Source: Candidatus Brocadiia bacterium
GTDB lineage: Bacteria > Planctomycetota > Brocadiia > CAIUPP01
Assembly (NCBI GenBank): GCA_050015075.1
Contig: JBEKCB010000013.1
Coordinates: 50,688 to 114,687 of the forward strand
Direction: 5' to 3'
DNA: 64,000 nt
How positions within the stretch are numbered: the stretch's first letter is position 1; each line of letters begins with the position of its first letter. A model generated the notes under the pieces. That model was not told the DNA's origin. It ran no database searches and saw only the letters and a program-made list of their open reading frames with translations. Positions 19,341-28,366 of this stretch are shown in pieces. The position numbers were made by a program, and so were the translations under genes.

Positions 19341-20528
19341 TTAAAGTTTTTGTCCAAGTTTCTCCGCCACCTCGACGCAGTCCTTGTCGCCGCGGCCGGA
19401 GAGGCAGATCACCAGGATCTCCTCCGGCCTCATCTTCGGCGCCAGTTCCGCGGCGTGCGCGACGGCGTGCGCCGATTCCAGCGCGGGGATGATCCCCTCG
19501 AGCCGCGAGAGCAGCCCGAAAGCGTCCAGCGCCTGCTGGTCCGTCGCCGAGACATACCGCGCGCGGGCGGTCTCCTTCCAGTAGCTGTGCTCGGGGCCGA
19601 CGCCCGGATAATCCAGCCCGGCCGAGACGCTGTGCACCGGCAGCGTCTGGCCCTCGCTGTCCTGGAGCACGTACGAGCGGCTGCCGTGGAGGACGCCCAC
19701 GGAACCTTTCATCAGCGTGGCGGCGTGCAGGCCGCTGTCGAGGCCGAGCCCGGCCGCCTCGACGCCGATCAACCGGACCGCCTTGTCCTTGACGAACGGG
19801 TGGAACATGCCGGCCGCGTTGCTGCCGCCGCCGACGCAGGCGACGACCGCATCGGGCAGCCGGCCTTCCTTGCGGAGCATCTGGCGCCGCGTCTCGCGGC
19901 CGATCACGGTCTGGAAATCGCGCACCATCATCGGGTACGGATGCGGCCCGGCGACCGAGCCGATGATGTAATGAGTCGTGGCGGAGGAAGCCATCCAGTC
20001 GCGCATCGCCTCGGTCATCGCGTCCTTGAGCGTGCGCGCGCCCGAGCCGACCGGCACCACGCGCGCGCCGAGCGTGCGCATCCGGAAGACGTTGAGCGCC
20101 TGCCGGCGGATGTCTTCCTCGCCCATGTACACCGCGCACTCGAAGCCGAAAAGCGCCGCGACGACCGCGGTGGCCACGCCGTGTTGCCCCGCGCCGGTCT
20201 CCGCGATGACGCGCTTCTTGCCCATGCGCCGCGCCAGCAGCGCCTGCCCGAGCGTGTTGTTGATCTTGTGCGCGCCGGTGTGGAGCAGGTCCTCGCGCTT
20301 GAGGTAGACCCGCGCCCCGCCGCAATGCCGCGTGAAGCGCTCCGCGAACGTCAGCGCCGTCGGCCGGCCCGCGTACTCGCGCAGGTAGTAGTCCAGGTCC
20401 TTGCGGAACTGCGGATCGCGCCGAGCGGCCTGGTACGCCGCGGTCAGCTCCACCACCGCCGGCATCAGCGTCTCCGGGATGAACCGTCCGCCGAAGGGTC
20501 CGAAATGTCCTTTTGAGTCGGGCAGCAT
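19341..20528 (-). CDS. trpB: Tryptophan synthase beta chain
   Basis: [53 protein letters not shown]. Confidence 0.97.
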   Translation of the reverse strand: MLPDSKGHFGPFGGRFIPETLMPAVVELTAAYQAARRDPQFRKDLDYYLREYAGRPTALTFAERFTRHCGGARVYLKREDLLHTGAHKINNTLGQALLARRMGKKRVIAETGAGQHGVATAVVAALFGFECAVYMGEEDIRRQALNVFRMRTLGARVVPVGSGARTLKDAMTEAMRDWMASSATTHYIIGSVAGPHPYPMMVRDFQTVIGRETRRQMLRKEGRLPDAVVACVGGGSNAAGMFHPFVKDKAVRLIGVEAAGLGLDSGLHAATLMKGSVGVLHGSRSYVLQDSEGQTLPVHSVSAGLDYPGVGPEHSYWKETARARYVSATDQQALDAFGLLSRLEGIIPALESAHAVAHAAELAPKMRPEEILVICLSGRGDKDCVEVAEKLGQKL

Positions 20529-20811
20529 CTGAACTCCGATCATCCGATCTTGACAACTTCTTTTATCCCTATCCCGATTCACCCATAGCAAAAATTCCCC
20601 CCGCTGGCAAGGGCAGGCGCGGAGCTGGAGCAACTTCTGCACAGCGCTTGCCGTTGACTCCGCACCCGCGCTCCGCACTTTACACGCTGAACTCCCCCGA
20701 AATTCCTCGCCCGGAATTCGCCCCGAATTCACGAAAATCCCCCGGAATTCGCATGAATTTGAAGCCCTGGCTGAAGGGCACAGCAACAATTCACAATTTC
20801 TTAAAAAATCC

Positions 20812-20840
20812 TTGACACGTCATTGACCGGGTGCTATAGT
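20812..20840 (+). promoter_or_regulatory. Sigma70-type promoter
   Basis: TTGACA-N17-TATAGT upstream of the DUF1559 gene. Confidence 0.65.
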
Positions 20841-20911
20841 TCTGCGTGCGGCATGGTGTCGCTGACAGTGTGTTGGGAAACGGTGTCTTTTTGCGGAAGG
20901 AGGGAGTCGCG

Positions 20912-22651
20912 ATGGTTCGAAAGCCGTCGTCGTTCAGGTGGAGCGCGTTCACGCTCATTGAGATGTTGGTCGTGATCGCCATTATCGCAATCCTTGCCTC
21001 TTTGCTGCTGCCGGCGCTGATCGGCGCACGCGAGAAAGCACGGCGGGCGAGCTGCATGTCCCGTCTGCAGCAGATCGGTCTCGCGCTCACCGCGTATTCC
21101 GGCGATTATGGCGAATACTTGCCCGGCGACCCCAACTGGGGCGCGGGGAATGCCTGTCACTTCGCCGACGATGCTCAGATCGGCGGCGACTGCTCAAGCC
21201 TGTGCATCCCGTATTCTCAGGGGATGGTCGGGATGGGGCCGCCGATAGATTGCGGTGCTAGTGAGTATGGCGCTTATTGGCTCGGGATGTACACCGACTC
21301 CTCCGGCTCCGGCCCGCAGACTCAGATCACCATGGGCTGGGAAGAGGGCGGCGGCGGTTATGGCGGGCCCATGTTTGACAACCCGGGCTCCTTCTACGGC
21401 GTGATCGCCTATAACCGCGACAGCGTGTTTGACGGCAACACGAACATGATTGACACTCCCGCCAACTGGGTTGCGGGCAACTGCACCCTGGGACCGACGG
21501 GTCTCGGCCTGCTCGCCTCGGGCAATTACATCGGGGACCTGCAGACACTCTACTGCCCCACCGGCCAGGCCTATGACGCGAGCATCCCGCCGGGCAGTGA
21601 CCTGAGCAGCGGCACCGCTTGGTGGTGCTCCAACAGCCCGGAATGGTGGTACTCGGGTGAGTCCGCAGCCGGACAGAGCGGCGGCATGTGGATCAACACC
21701 TCCGTCCAGAACCTCAAGTTGCTGGGCGGCACCGACTCGAAGTACCTCACCCACGGCGACCTCACCTCCGTTGCTCACAACTGCTCAAACGGCAGGTCCA
21801 TCGCCGACTACGGCTCATTGTTCCCGTGGTCAGGCAATTACGGCGGCATGGACCAGTATGTCCAACCGCCGGCCGGAACGCCCCCCACGGCTACCGGCAC
21901 GTACGTGGCGTATGGCGGAAGCGGGAACAGTGTCGTGATCGGCTGCGGTTATGCCTATCGCGGCACGGCGCACAGCAGCAGTGGTCTTCACATCACCCAG
22001 AACCTGTGGAGCTGCCGTACTACCAGCGCTCAGCTTAACGGCAACTTCCCCAGCCTCTACATCCCTGGCAGCGGCGCAGCGGACCCGACCGGCGTCAATC
22101 ACTTCTACGACAGGATGCCGTCTCCGCGGTTCGTGCAGCTTCAGAACACCTGCCCGGAACGGAAGACCACCAAGCAGCTCGGTTCCTTGTCCGTCGCGTC
22201 TGACCGTTTCGACACCCATATGTACACGTTCAACCTGGGTGGCGGCGACAGGTGGTATGCCAACCCGTTCCCGTTCCCGATCGCCGGCATGGGCGCTTAC
22301 GGACACAAGGTCGGATACAACGTCCTCTTCGGCGACGGCCACGTGTCCTGGGATGCTGACCCGCAGCAGTGGTGGGCTTGGTCGTTCAACAAGAACATGC
22401 ACTGTTCCGCATACGGTCACAATGCCACGCAAGCCCCGCCGTCCTTCTCGGGCGACGTGATTGCGAACTGCGCAACCGACATCAACGGCGGCTGCCCGAA
22501 CTTTGCTGGCGGCGCCTGCGGCACGTTCGGTTACGGCATGGGAATCTTCACCATGTTCGACGACAAGTTCAACAACGAGGCCGTCCCGGGCTTCTATCTC
22601 GGCGATGGCACCGGCGTCAATTGGTGGGGACCGACCAACGATACTCCGTAA
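20912..22651 (+). CDS. DUF1559-type prepilin N-terminal cleavage/methylation protein with H-X9-DG motif
   Basis: [25 protein letters not shown]...[10 protein letters not shown]; [14 protein letters not shown]. Confidence 0.9.
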   Translation: MVRKPSSFRWSAFTLIEMLVVIAIIAILASLLLPALIGAREKARRASCMSRLQQIGLALTAYSGDYGEYLPGDPNWGAGNACHFADDAQIGGDCSSLCIPYSQGMVGMGPPIDCGASEYGAYWLGMYTDSSGSGPQTQITMGWEEGGGGYGGPMFDNPGSFYGVIAYNRDSVFDGNTNMIDTPANWVAGNCTLGPTGLGLLASGNYIGDLQTLYCPTGQAYDASIPPGSDLSSGTAWWCSNSPEWWYSGESAAGQSGGMWINTSVQNLKLLGGTDSKYLTHGDLTSVAHNCSNGRSIADYGSLFPWSGNYGGMDQYVQPPAGTPPTATGTYVAYGGSGNSVVIGCGYAYRGTAHSSSGLHITQNLWSCRTTSAQLNGNFPSLYIPGSGAADPTGVNHFYDRMPSPRFVQLQNTCPERKTTKQLGSLSVASDRFDTHMYTFNLGGGDRWYANPFPFPIAGMGAYGHKVGYNVLFGDGHVSWDADPQQWWAWSFNKNMHCSAYGHNATQAPPSFSGDVIANCATDINGGCPNFAGGACGTFGYGMGIFTMFDDKFNNEAVPGFYLGDGTGVNWWGPTNDTP

Positions 22652-22685
22652 GTGTTGACGAGCCGTTATTGTGTTAGCGCGCGAT

Positions 22686-22710
22686 GGGCCGGCCCGCAAT
22701 GGGCCGGCCC
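22686..22710. terminator. GC-rich hairpin after the DUF1559 gene (possible terminator)
   Basis: GGGCCGGCCC-GCAAT-GGGCCGGCCC; no strong U-tract. Confidence 0.45.
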
Positions 22711-22730
22711 GCCGCGTTCCTGGGGCTGAA

Positions 22731-22922
22731 TAACCACCAAGGCACCAAGACACCAAGAGAGACTTAACCACGGAGCGATAGCGCGAGCCGGCGAGCGCTG
22801 CCTGTCGCCACAGATAAACACAGACCAGGCCAAGAACGAAGTTTCTATCTGCGCTCATCTGTGTGCATCTGGGGTTCCCAAATCCGTTGCCGTTCTTGGT
22901 GTCTGGGTGACTTGGTGGTAAA
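22731..22922. repeat. Nested ACCAC element: outer ACCACCAAG arms, inner CACAGAT-type arms
   Basis: TAACCACCAAGGCACCAAGACACCAAG ... CCACAGATAAACACAGA ... ATCTGTGTGCATCTGGGGTT ... CTTGGTGGTAAA. Confidence 0.85.
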
Positions 22923-22956
22923 AATGAAGGCGGTCCAGTAAGGAAAGGAGAGGAAC

Positions 22957-23727
22957 TTGAAGATTTCGATTGCGTCGTATTCGTTCCACGGGCTTCTGGC
23001 CGAAGGCCGGATGAACGCCTTCACATATCTGGAGGACATGAAATACCGCTACCGGCTCAACACGGCCGACTTCTGGAACGACACCATCGGCTCCACCGAC
23101 GAAGGCGTCGTCCGCAAAGTCCGCCAGGCGATGGACCAGGAGGAGATCGTCTGCGTCAACTACCACATTGACGGCGTCCACGTCTGGGACCCGAAGCCCG
23201 AGGTGCGCGAGCAGAACTACCGCAACGCCCTCGTGCACCTGCGGCTGGCCGTGCTCCTGGGCGCCAGGACGGTGCGGATAGATTTCGGCGGACGCGAGAG
23301 CGAAATGTCCAGCGAGCAGTTCGACACCATCGTCAAGCGGTTCCGCGAGTACGCCCGCTTCGCCGGCGACCACGGTTTCAAGATCGGCCCGGAGACGCAC
23401 TTCGGCCCGGCCCTGGTCCCCGAGAACATGAAGCGGGTCTATGAAGCGGTGGACCACCCCGCTTACGGCATCCTGCTGCACATCCGCCACTGGGTGCCCG
23501 GCAAGAGCGACGAGGGCGACAGGATGGCCGCCCGCTGGGCCATTCACACCCACATAGACCAGGCCACCACCCGCGAGTGCCTCGAGGAGAAGATCAAGCT
23601 CCTCCTCGACGCCGGCTACCAGGGCTACTGGGGCGTCGAGCATCACACCGCGAAGAACGAGTACGCCGAGGTCGCCTGCCAGCTCGCCGAACTCGAGAAG
23701 GCCCTGATCCGTCTGGGAGCGAAGTGA
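22957..23727 (+). CDS. Sugar phosphate isomerase/epimerase (xylose isomerase-like TIM barrel)
   Basis: SIASYSF N-terminus, ETH, YQGYWGVEH; TTG start after AGGAGAGG. Confidence 0.75.
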   Translation: MKISIASYSFHGLLAEGRMNAFTYLEDMKYRYRLNTADFWNDTIGSTDEGVVRKVRQAMDQEEIVCVNYHIDGVHVWDPKPEVREQNYRNALVHLRLAVLLGARTVRIDFGGRESEMSSEQFDTIVKRFREYARFAGDHGFKIGPETHFGPALVPENMKRVYEAVDHPAYGILLHIRHWVPGKSDEGDRMAARWAIHTHIDQATTRECLEEKIKLLLDAGYQGYWGVEHHTAKNEYAEVACQLAELEKALIRLGAK

Positions 23728-23761
23728 GGCTGCTCAGCGGCGCATGATGTGATTCGGGCGA

Positions 23762-23865
23762 CTCGTCCTCGTCCTCGGCCTCGTCCTCGGCCGTTCGTTA
23801 CAGATATTCGAGGCCGAGGACGACGACGAGGACGAGGACGACGACGAGGACGAGGACGAGGACGA
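23762..23865. repeat. Hexamer (CTCGTC/GACGAG) palindromic element
   Basis: CTCGTC-type run, loop, GAGGAC-type run; same family as 39629-39719 and 54175-54270. Confidence 0.85.
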
Positions 23866-23946
23866 TTGGGAGGCTGCTAAACCTGGGCGTCCAGGTGACG
23901 GCGCGATACCGTGCAGAGGTTTTCGGGAAGGAGGAGTTGGAATCCA

Positions 23947-25056
23947 ATGGACAAGATTCGGATCGGCATCATCGGCGTGGGACAGATCGGCAAGCATCAC
24001 CTGCAGGAGTACGCGAAGATCCCCGCCGCGGAGGTCGTGGCGGCGGCGGACGTGAACGAGGCGGAACTCAAGAAAGTGGCCGGGGATTTCAAGATCCCGA
24101 ACGTTTACACCGATTTCCGCAAGATGCTGGCGCGCGACGACATTCAGTCCGTGGACGTGTGCCTGCACAACAATTTCCACGCGCCGATGACCATCGCGGC
24201 CCTGCGCGCCGGCAAGAACGTCTATTGCGAGAAGCCCATGGCCGGCTCCTACGCCGATGCGCAGGCCATGTTCAACGCGGCCAAAGAGACCGGCCGCAAG
24301 CTCAGCATTCAGCTCGCCACGCTGTACTCCAAGGAAACGAAAGTCGCCAAGCGCCTGATTGACCAGGGCAAGCTCGGCAAGGTCTATCACGCCCGTTCAA
24401 CCGGCCATCGGCGTCGCGGCCGGCCCTACGTGGACGGCTACGGCACCGCGTCGTTCGTCAAGAAGGATATCTCCGCCGGCGGCGCGCTCTACGACATGGG
24501 CGTTTATCACATCGCCCAGATGCTCTACCTCCTGGGCCTGCCCGCCATCCAGCGCGTCAGCGGCAAGGTCTACCAGGAGATTGACATGGACGCCAACCGC
24601 CGCAAGATCAGCGGTTACGACGTCGAGGAACTCGGCCTCGGGTTCGTGAAGTTCGCCGGCGGCCTCACCCTGGACATCATCGAGTCCTGGGCGATCAACA
24701 TGAACCCCTTCGAGGGCAGTTTCGTCGTCGGCAGCCTGGGCGGCGTCCGCCTGCAGCCCTTCAGCTTCCACACCACCCTCGCCGACGTGGACCAGGACTC
24801 GACCTTCGACCTCAATTACGTGGACTACCGCTGGCACCAATTGGTCGAGACCGAGCCGACCTACGCGGCCTATGACGGCTCGCAGCACCACTGGATCGCC
24901 GCCCAGCAGGGCCGAGTGCCCCTGCTCCCGACCGCCGAGCTGGCCCTTCAGACCATGCTCATCAGCGAGGCGATCTACCTCTCCGACAAGCTCGGCCACG
25001 AAGTCACCGCCGACGAGGTCAAAGCCCAGTCCAAGTCCCTGGCGGTCAAAGTTTGA
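23947..25056 (+). CDS. Gfo/Idh/MocA family oxidoreductase
   Basis: IGIIGVGQIG, YCEKPMA, GGALYDMGVYH. Confidence 0.9.
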   Translation: MDKIRIGIIGVGQIGKHHLQEYAKIPAAEVVAAADVNEAELKKVAGDFKIPNVYTDFRKMLARDDIQSVDVCLHNNFHAPMTIAALRAGKNVYCEKPMAGSYADAQAMFNAAKETGRKLSIQLATLYSKETKVAKRLIDQGKLGKVYHARSTGHRRRGRPYVDGYGTASFVKKDISAGGALYDMGVYHIAQMLYLLGLPAIQRVSGKVYQEIDMDANRRKISGYDVEELGLGFVKFAGGLTLDIIESWAINMNPFEGSFVVGSLGGVRLQPFSFHTTLADVDQDSTFDLNYVDYRWHQLVETEPTYAAYDGSQHHWIAAQQGRVPLLPTAELALQTMLISEAIYLSDKLGHEVTADEVKAQSKSLAVKV

Positions 25057-25088
25057 CCCGTTATCGAACAGAGCGCAAGTAATCTTTC

Positions 25089-25173
25089 ACCACGACGGCA
25101 CGACGAGCACGACGTACGGATAAGATTTGTTAACCTCTTTTTCCGTACGTCGTGCTCGTCGTGCCGTCGTGGT
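25089..25173. repeat. Perfect 32-bp inverted repeat with ACCAC termini between convergent genes
   Basis: 25089-25120 is the exact reverse complement of 25142-25173. Confidence 0.9.
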
Positions 25174-25184
25174 AAGAGCCGGCG

Positions 25185-25607
25185 TCAGCCCGCGGCGAGC
25201 GCGGTTTCGAGGAGCGAGGCGTTGGCGCCTTCGAGGGCGCGGATTTCCTCGATCATCGCGGCGAGCCGGTCGAGCAGCCGCTCGAGCTGCCAGCGGTTCG
25301 GGCATGGTGACAGCTTTCGACCCAGCACGAGCGTCTTGGCGCCTTTCATCACCGATTCGACCTGCTCGATCATCCGCAGCAGGTCCTCCTTCTCGTCGAG
25401 CAGGTCCCCGAACCGGTCCAGGTCCCAGCCCCAGCCGTCGCAGAGCGTGTCGCGCTGCCGCCGGGTGAGCGCGCGGACGGTCGAGTAGATCTCCAGCTCC
25501 GCGCGGTAGCCGTGGACGAGCGCGTCCATCGCCGCGGTGAGATTCGCCGGCGGGTTGCACTCCGCGGTGGCCGTCGCGTGCGAGGCGCCCGATGTCTTCC
25601 GGTTCAT
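25185..25607 (-). CDS. Small helical protein, FlgN/FliT-like (tentative)
   Basis: Amphipathic helices with pattern ELEIY...QRDTL...LLDEKEDLL; AAGGAG SD directly behind the EBP gene. Confidence 0.5.
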   Translation of the reverse strand: MNRKTSGASHATATAECNPPANLTAAMDALVHGYRAELEIYSTVRALTRRQRDTLCDGWGWDLDRFGDLLDEKEDLLRMIEQVESVMKGAKTLVLGRKLSPCPNRWQLERLLDRLAAMIEEIRALEGANASLLETALAAG

Positions 25608-25620
25608 CTGGATCTCCTTG

Positions 25621-27006
25621 CTAAGACTGCGCGGGACCCGGCGCAAGCTCGTATTCGCGGATCTTGTTGTGCAGCGTGGTGCGGTTGATGCCCAGGATCC
25701 GCGCGGCCTCGGTCTTGCGCCAGGAGGTATTCCCGAGGACCTTGCTGATGAGGCGCTTTTCCATTTCGGCGATGGAGAGGTTCCCGGTGGCGCTTTCGAG
25801 CTGCGGGTCGGCCAACTGCGGCGCGCCGGCGAAGAGGAGCGATTCGGGGCCGATCGGGGCGCCGGCGGAGAGGATGACCGCGCGCTCGATCACGTTGCGC
25901 AGCTCGCGGACGTTGCCCGGCCAGGAGTACGCCTCGAGGGCCTCGAGCGCCTCGGCGCTCAGCTCGGTGACTCTTTTGAAGAGGCTCGCGCTGAAGAACT
26001 CGACGTAGTGCCGGGCGATCGGGGCGATGTCCTCGGCCCGGTCGCGCAGCGGCGGGATCAGGATCGGGATCACGCGCAGCCGGTAGTAGAGGTCGAGCCG
26101 GAACTTGCCCTCCTGCACGAGCGTCTCCAGGTCGCGGTTGGTCGAGGCGATGATGCGGACGTCCACCTCGACGTCCTCGACCCCGCCGACGCGCTTGAAG
26201 CGCTTCTCCTGGAGCACGCGGAGCAGCTTCGCCTGCAGCGGCAGGCTCATCTCGCCGATCTCGTCGAGGAAGACGGTGCCGTCGTTGGCGACCTCGAAGA
26301 GGCCCGGCTTGCCGCTGTTGGCCGCGCCGGTGAAGGCGCCCTTCTCGTAACCGAAGATCTCCGCCTCGAGCAGCGACTCGGTCAGCGCGGCGCAGTTGAT
26401 GTCCATGAAGCACTTCTCGCGGCGGTCCGAGGCCAGGTGGATCGCGCGGGCGATCAGCTCCTTGCCCGTGCCGCTCTCGCCCTGGATCAGGACGGTGGTC
26501 GTCGGGCTGTGGGCGACCTGCTTGAGCATGCGGTAGACCGCGATCATCTTGGGGCTGGCGCCGATGAGCGTGGCGCCCGCCTCGCCCAGGCGCAGGCACT
26601 GCTCGGAGCGCAGGCGGAGCACGTCGCGCCGGAACAACTGGCGGCCGAGGGCCTTCTTCACCGAGTCGGTGAGCTGGTCAATCTTGAACGGCTTGGCGAT
26701 GAAGTCGCACGCGCCCTTGCGCATCATCTCGACGGCCGCGTCCACGGTCGCCAGGCCGGTGAGCACGATCATCGGCAGCATCGGGTCGCGCTTGCGCACT
26801 TCCTCGATCAGCCGCGCGCCGTCCATCTTCGGCATGGCCAGGTCGGTCAGGACCAGGTCGGGCAGCTTCTCGTCGAGCAGCCGGAGCGCCTCTTCGCCGT
26901 CGGCGGCTTCGACCACGTCGTGCCCGGCGCGCGCCAGCACCGTCCCGACCAGCGAGCGGAGCTGCGCGTCATCGTCCACGACCATCACGACCGCATTGGA
27001 TGCCAT
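25621..27006 (-). CDS. Sigma54-dependent NtrC/AtoC-family response regulator
   Basis: VVDDD, TDLAMP, GESGTGKE, canonical GAFTGA, FLDEIGE, WPGNVREL. Confidence 0.92.
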   Translation of the reverse strand: MASNAVVMVVDDDAQLRSLVGTVLARAGHDVVEAADGEEALRLLDEKLPDLVLTDLAMPKMDGARLIEEVRKRDPMLPMIVLTGLATVDAAVEMMRKGACDFIAKPFKIDQLTDSVKKALGRQLFRRDVLRLRSEQCLRLGEAGATLIGASPKMIAVYRMLKQVAHSPTTTVLIQGESGTGKELIARAIHLASDRREKCFMDINCAALTESLLEAEIFGYEKGAFTGAANSGKPGLFEVANDGTVFLDEIGEMSLPLQAKLLRVLQEKRFKRVGGVEDVEVDVRIIASTNRDLETLVQEGKFRLDLYYRLRVIPILIPPLRDRAEDIAPIARHYVEFFSASLFKRVTELSAEALEALEAYSWPGNVRELRNVIERAVILSAGAPIGPESLLFAGAPQLADPQLESATGNLSIAEMEKRLISKVLGNTSWRKTEAARILGINRTTLHNKIREYELAPGPAQS

Positions 27007-27036
27007 ATCAGTGTTTCCTTCCTTGCCGGTAGAAAA

Positions 27037-27051
27037 GCAAAAGCGATGCCG
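27037..27051 (-). promoter_or_regulatory. Sigma54 promoter for the EBP/FlgN-like pair
   Basis: CGGCATC-GCTT-TTGC on the minus strand. Confidence 0.65.
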
Positions 27052-27458
27052 ACGGAAGACCTATATGGTTACGACTGGGAGATTTGCTCTAAGATGCTGT
27101 GGGTAAGTATCTTACGTATAATAGTATTATCGCAAGATAACAAAATGGTTCGGGCGCTAACGGCAGAGGAATTATCAACCTGGAATCGTTCCATGTCGTC
27201 CCGAGCGGTGAGCCAGATATAACATACTGTTGCACAACTAGATACGTATAGAAGATTTGCAATAGCATCTATTATCAACTCGGAACGCATCGGCGAGTGA
27301 AGCGATCGTTTTCAATGTCGCTCTATCGCATCATCGGTGTTGATTTTAATGGACAGATATCTGGTACGCAAAGTCGGAGCAAGTTAAGCCTGCGTAGTAA
27401 CTGGTTGTATTACAGCATGTTGCAGCAAGGCGCGTGCTGGCCAGGTTTGTGTCTTTTC

Positions 27459-27473
27459 GGGCACGTAGTTTGC
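27459..27473 (+). promoter_or_regulatory. Sigma54 promoter
   Basis: GGGCACG-TAGT-TTGC about 45 bp before ORF 27520. Confidence 0.65.
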
Positions 27474-27519
27474 TTAATGTCTTCCGACCGCCAGCAGCAC
27501 CAGAAGTGAGACTCAGCAA

Positions 27520-28038
27520 GTGAGCAGATTTTGGCTGGACCCTATTCCGTACGGCGATAACGGGATCGTTCCCGTTTCGCTGCCGCGCGTTGACCAATGC
27601 CAGGAAGTCTTCAACGCCACGGTGAGCCCGTGGCTCGGCTACGACTGTGCGCAGACATTTGTCGCCGGAATTTCGGGCATGCTCCGCCGTATCGAATTGA
27701 ACTTGTCGGTTTCAGATGAGTCGAGCTCGGCGCGCGTGGCCATCTGGAAGGCCGCCGAGGGACTTCCGGCGCAGGAATTCGACGATTTCCTCGGACTGAC
27801 GGAGCTGGTCCGCCCGCTGTCGGACGGCTGGAACGTTTTCCATCCGCCGTCCGGCGTCATCGCCATCACCGCCGGGCAGCAGTACGCCCTCGTCCTGGAG
27901 ACGACGACTGTCTGCGACTGGCGCGTGAAGGTCGAAGGAAGGCTTCCGCGCAGCGGCGCGCTCTGCCAGTGCTTCGGCACGCGCGGCTGGGAAGTCATGT
28001 GGCCGGCCGCCACCGCGGCGTTCCGCACCTACGTGTGA
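27520..28038 (+). CDS. Hypothetical beta-rich protein
   Basis: Plausible codon usage, preceded by a sigma54 promoter; no family recognised. Confidence 0.6.
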   Translation: MSRFWLDPIPYGDNGIVPVSLPRVDQCQEVFNATVSPWLGYDCAQTFVAGISGMLRRIELNLSVSDESSSARVAIWKAAEGLPAQEFDDFLGLTELVRPLSDGWNVFHPPSGVIAITAGQQYALVLETTTVCDWRVKVEGRLPRSGALCQCFGTRGWEVMWPAATAAFRTYV

Positions 28039-28130
28039 CCGCCTCTTTCCGCAACTGAACGATCCTGCCTTATCAGATTGCCGATTGTGACCTCACCCGG
28101 TCAATCGGCAATCGCCTCGGCGCCCTCATT

Positions 28131-28145
28131 CGGCACGCTAATTGC
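28131..28145 (+). promoter_or_regulatory. Sigma54 promoter
   Basis: CGGCACG-CTAA-TTGC. Confidence 0.6.
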
Positions 28146-28366
28146 AATTCTCCCCAACGACGCCAACGCAGTTCAACCGGCGCACATCAGCCTTCTGAAG
28201 CATGCCGGTTTAACAGACTGCGGCAAAAGGAGTTGTGACTTGAGATCGGACACTGCATCCGCCATGGTATTGTCCCAGCATTGGACAAGAACGAGTTTTA
28301 GTGTGCCTTTTCAAGTCAGGTTGAGATCCACTGAGACATCCGGTTTTCTTTCAGGAGTAAGGCACC

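Noticed and set aside
18724-19492. Repeated small ORFs in the array
   Set aside because: The 110-bp period is not a multiple of 3; the ORFs are by-products of the repeat
20529-20700. trp attenuator leader peptide
   Set aside because: No short ORF with tandem Trp codons or terminator/antiterminator pair seen
27007-27520. Coding potential in the AT-rich spacer
   Set aside because: Short ORFs with atypical composition; better explained as a regulatory region
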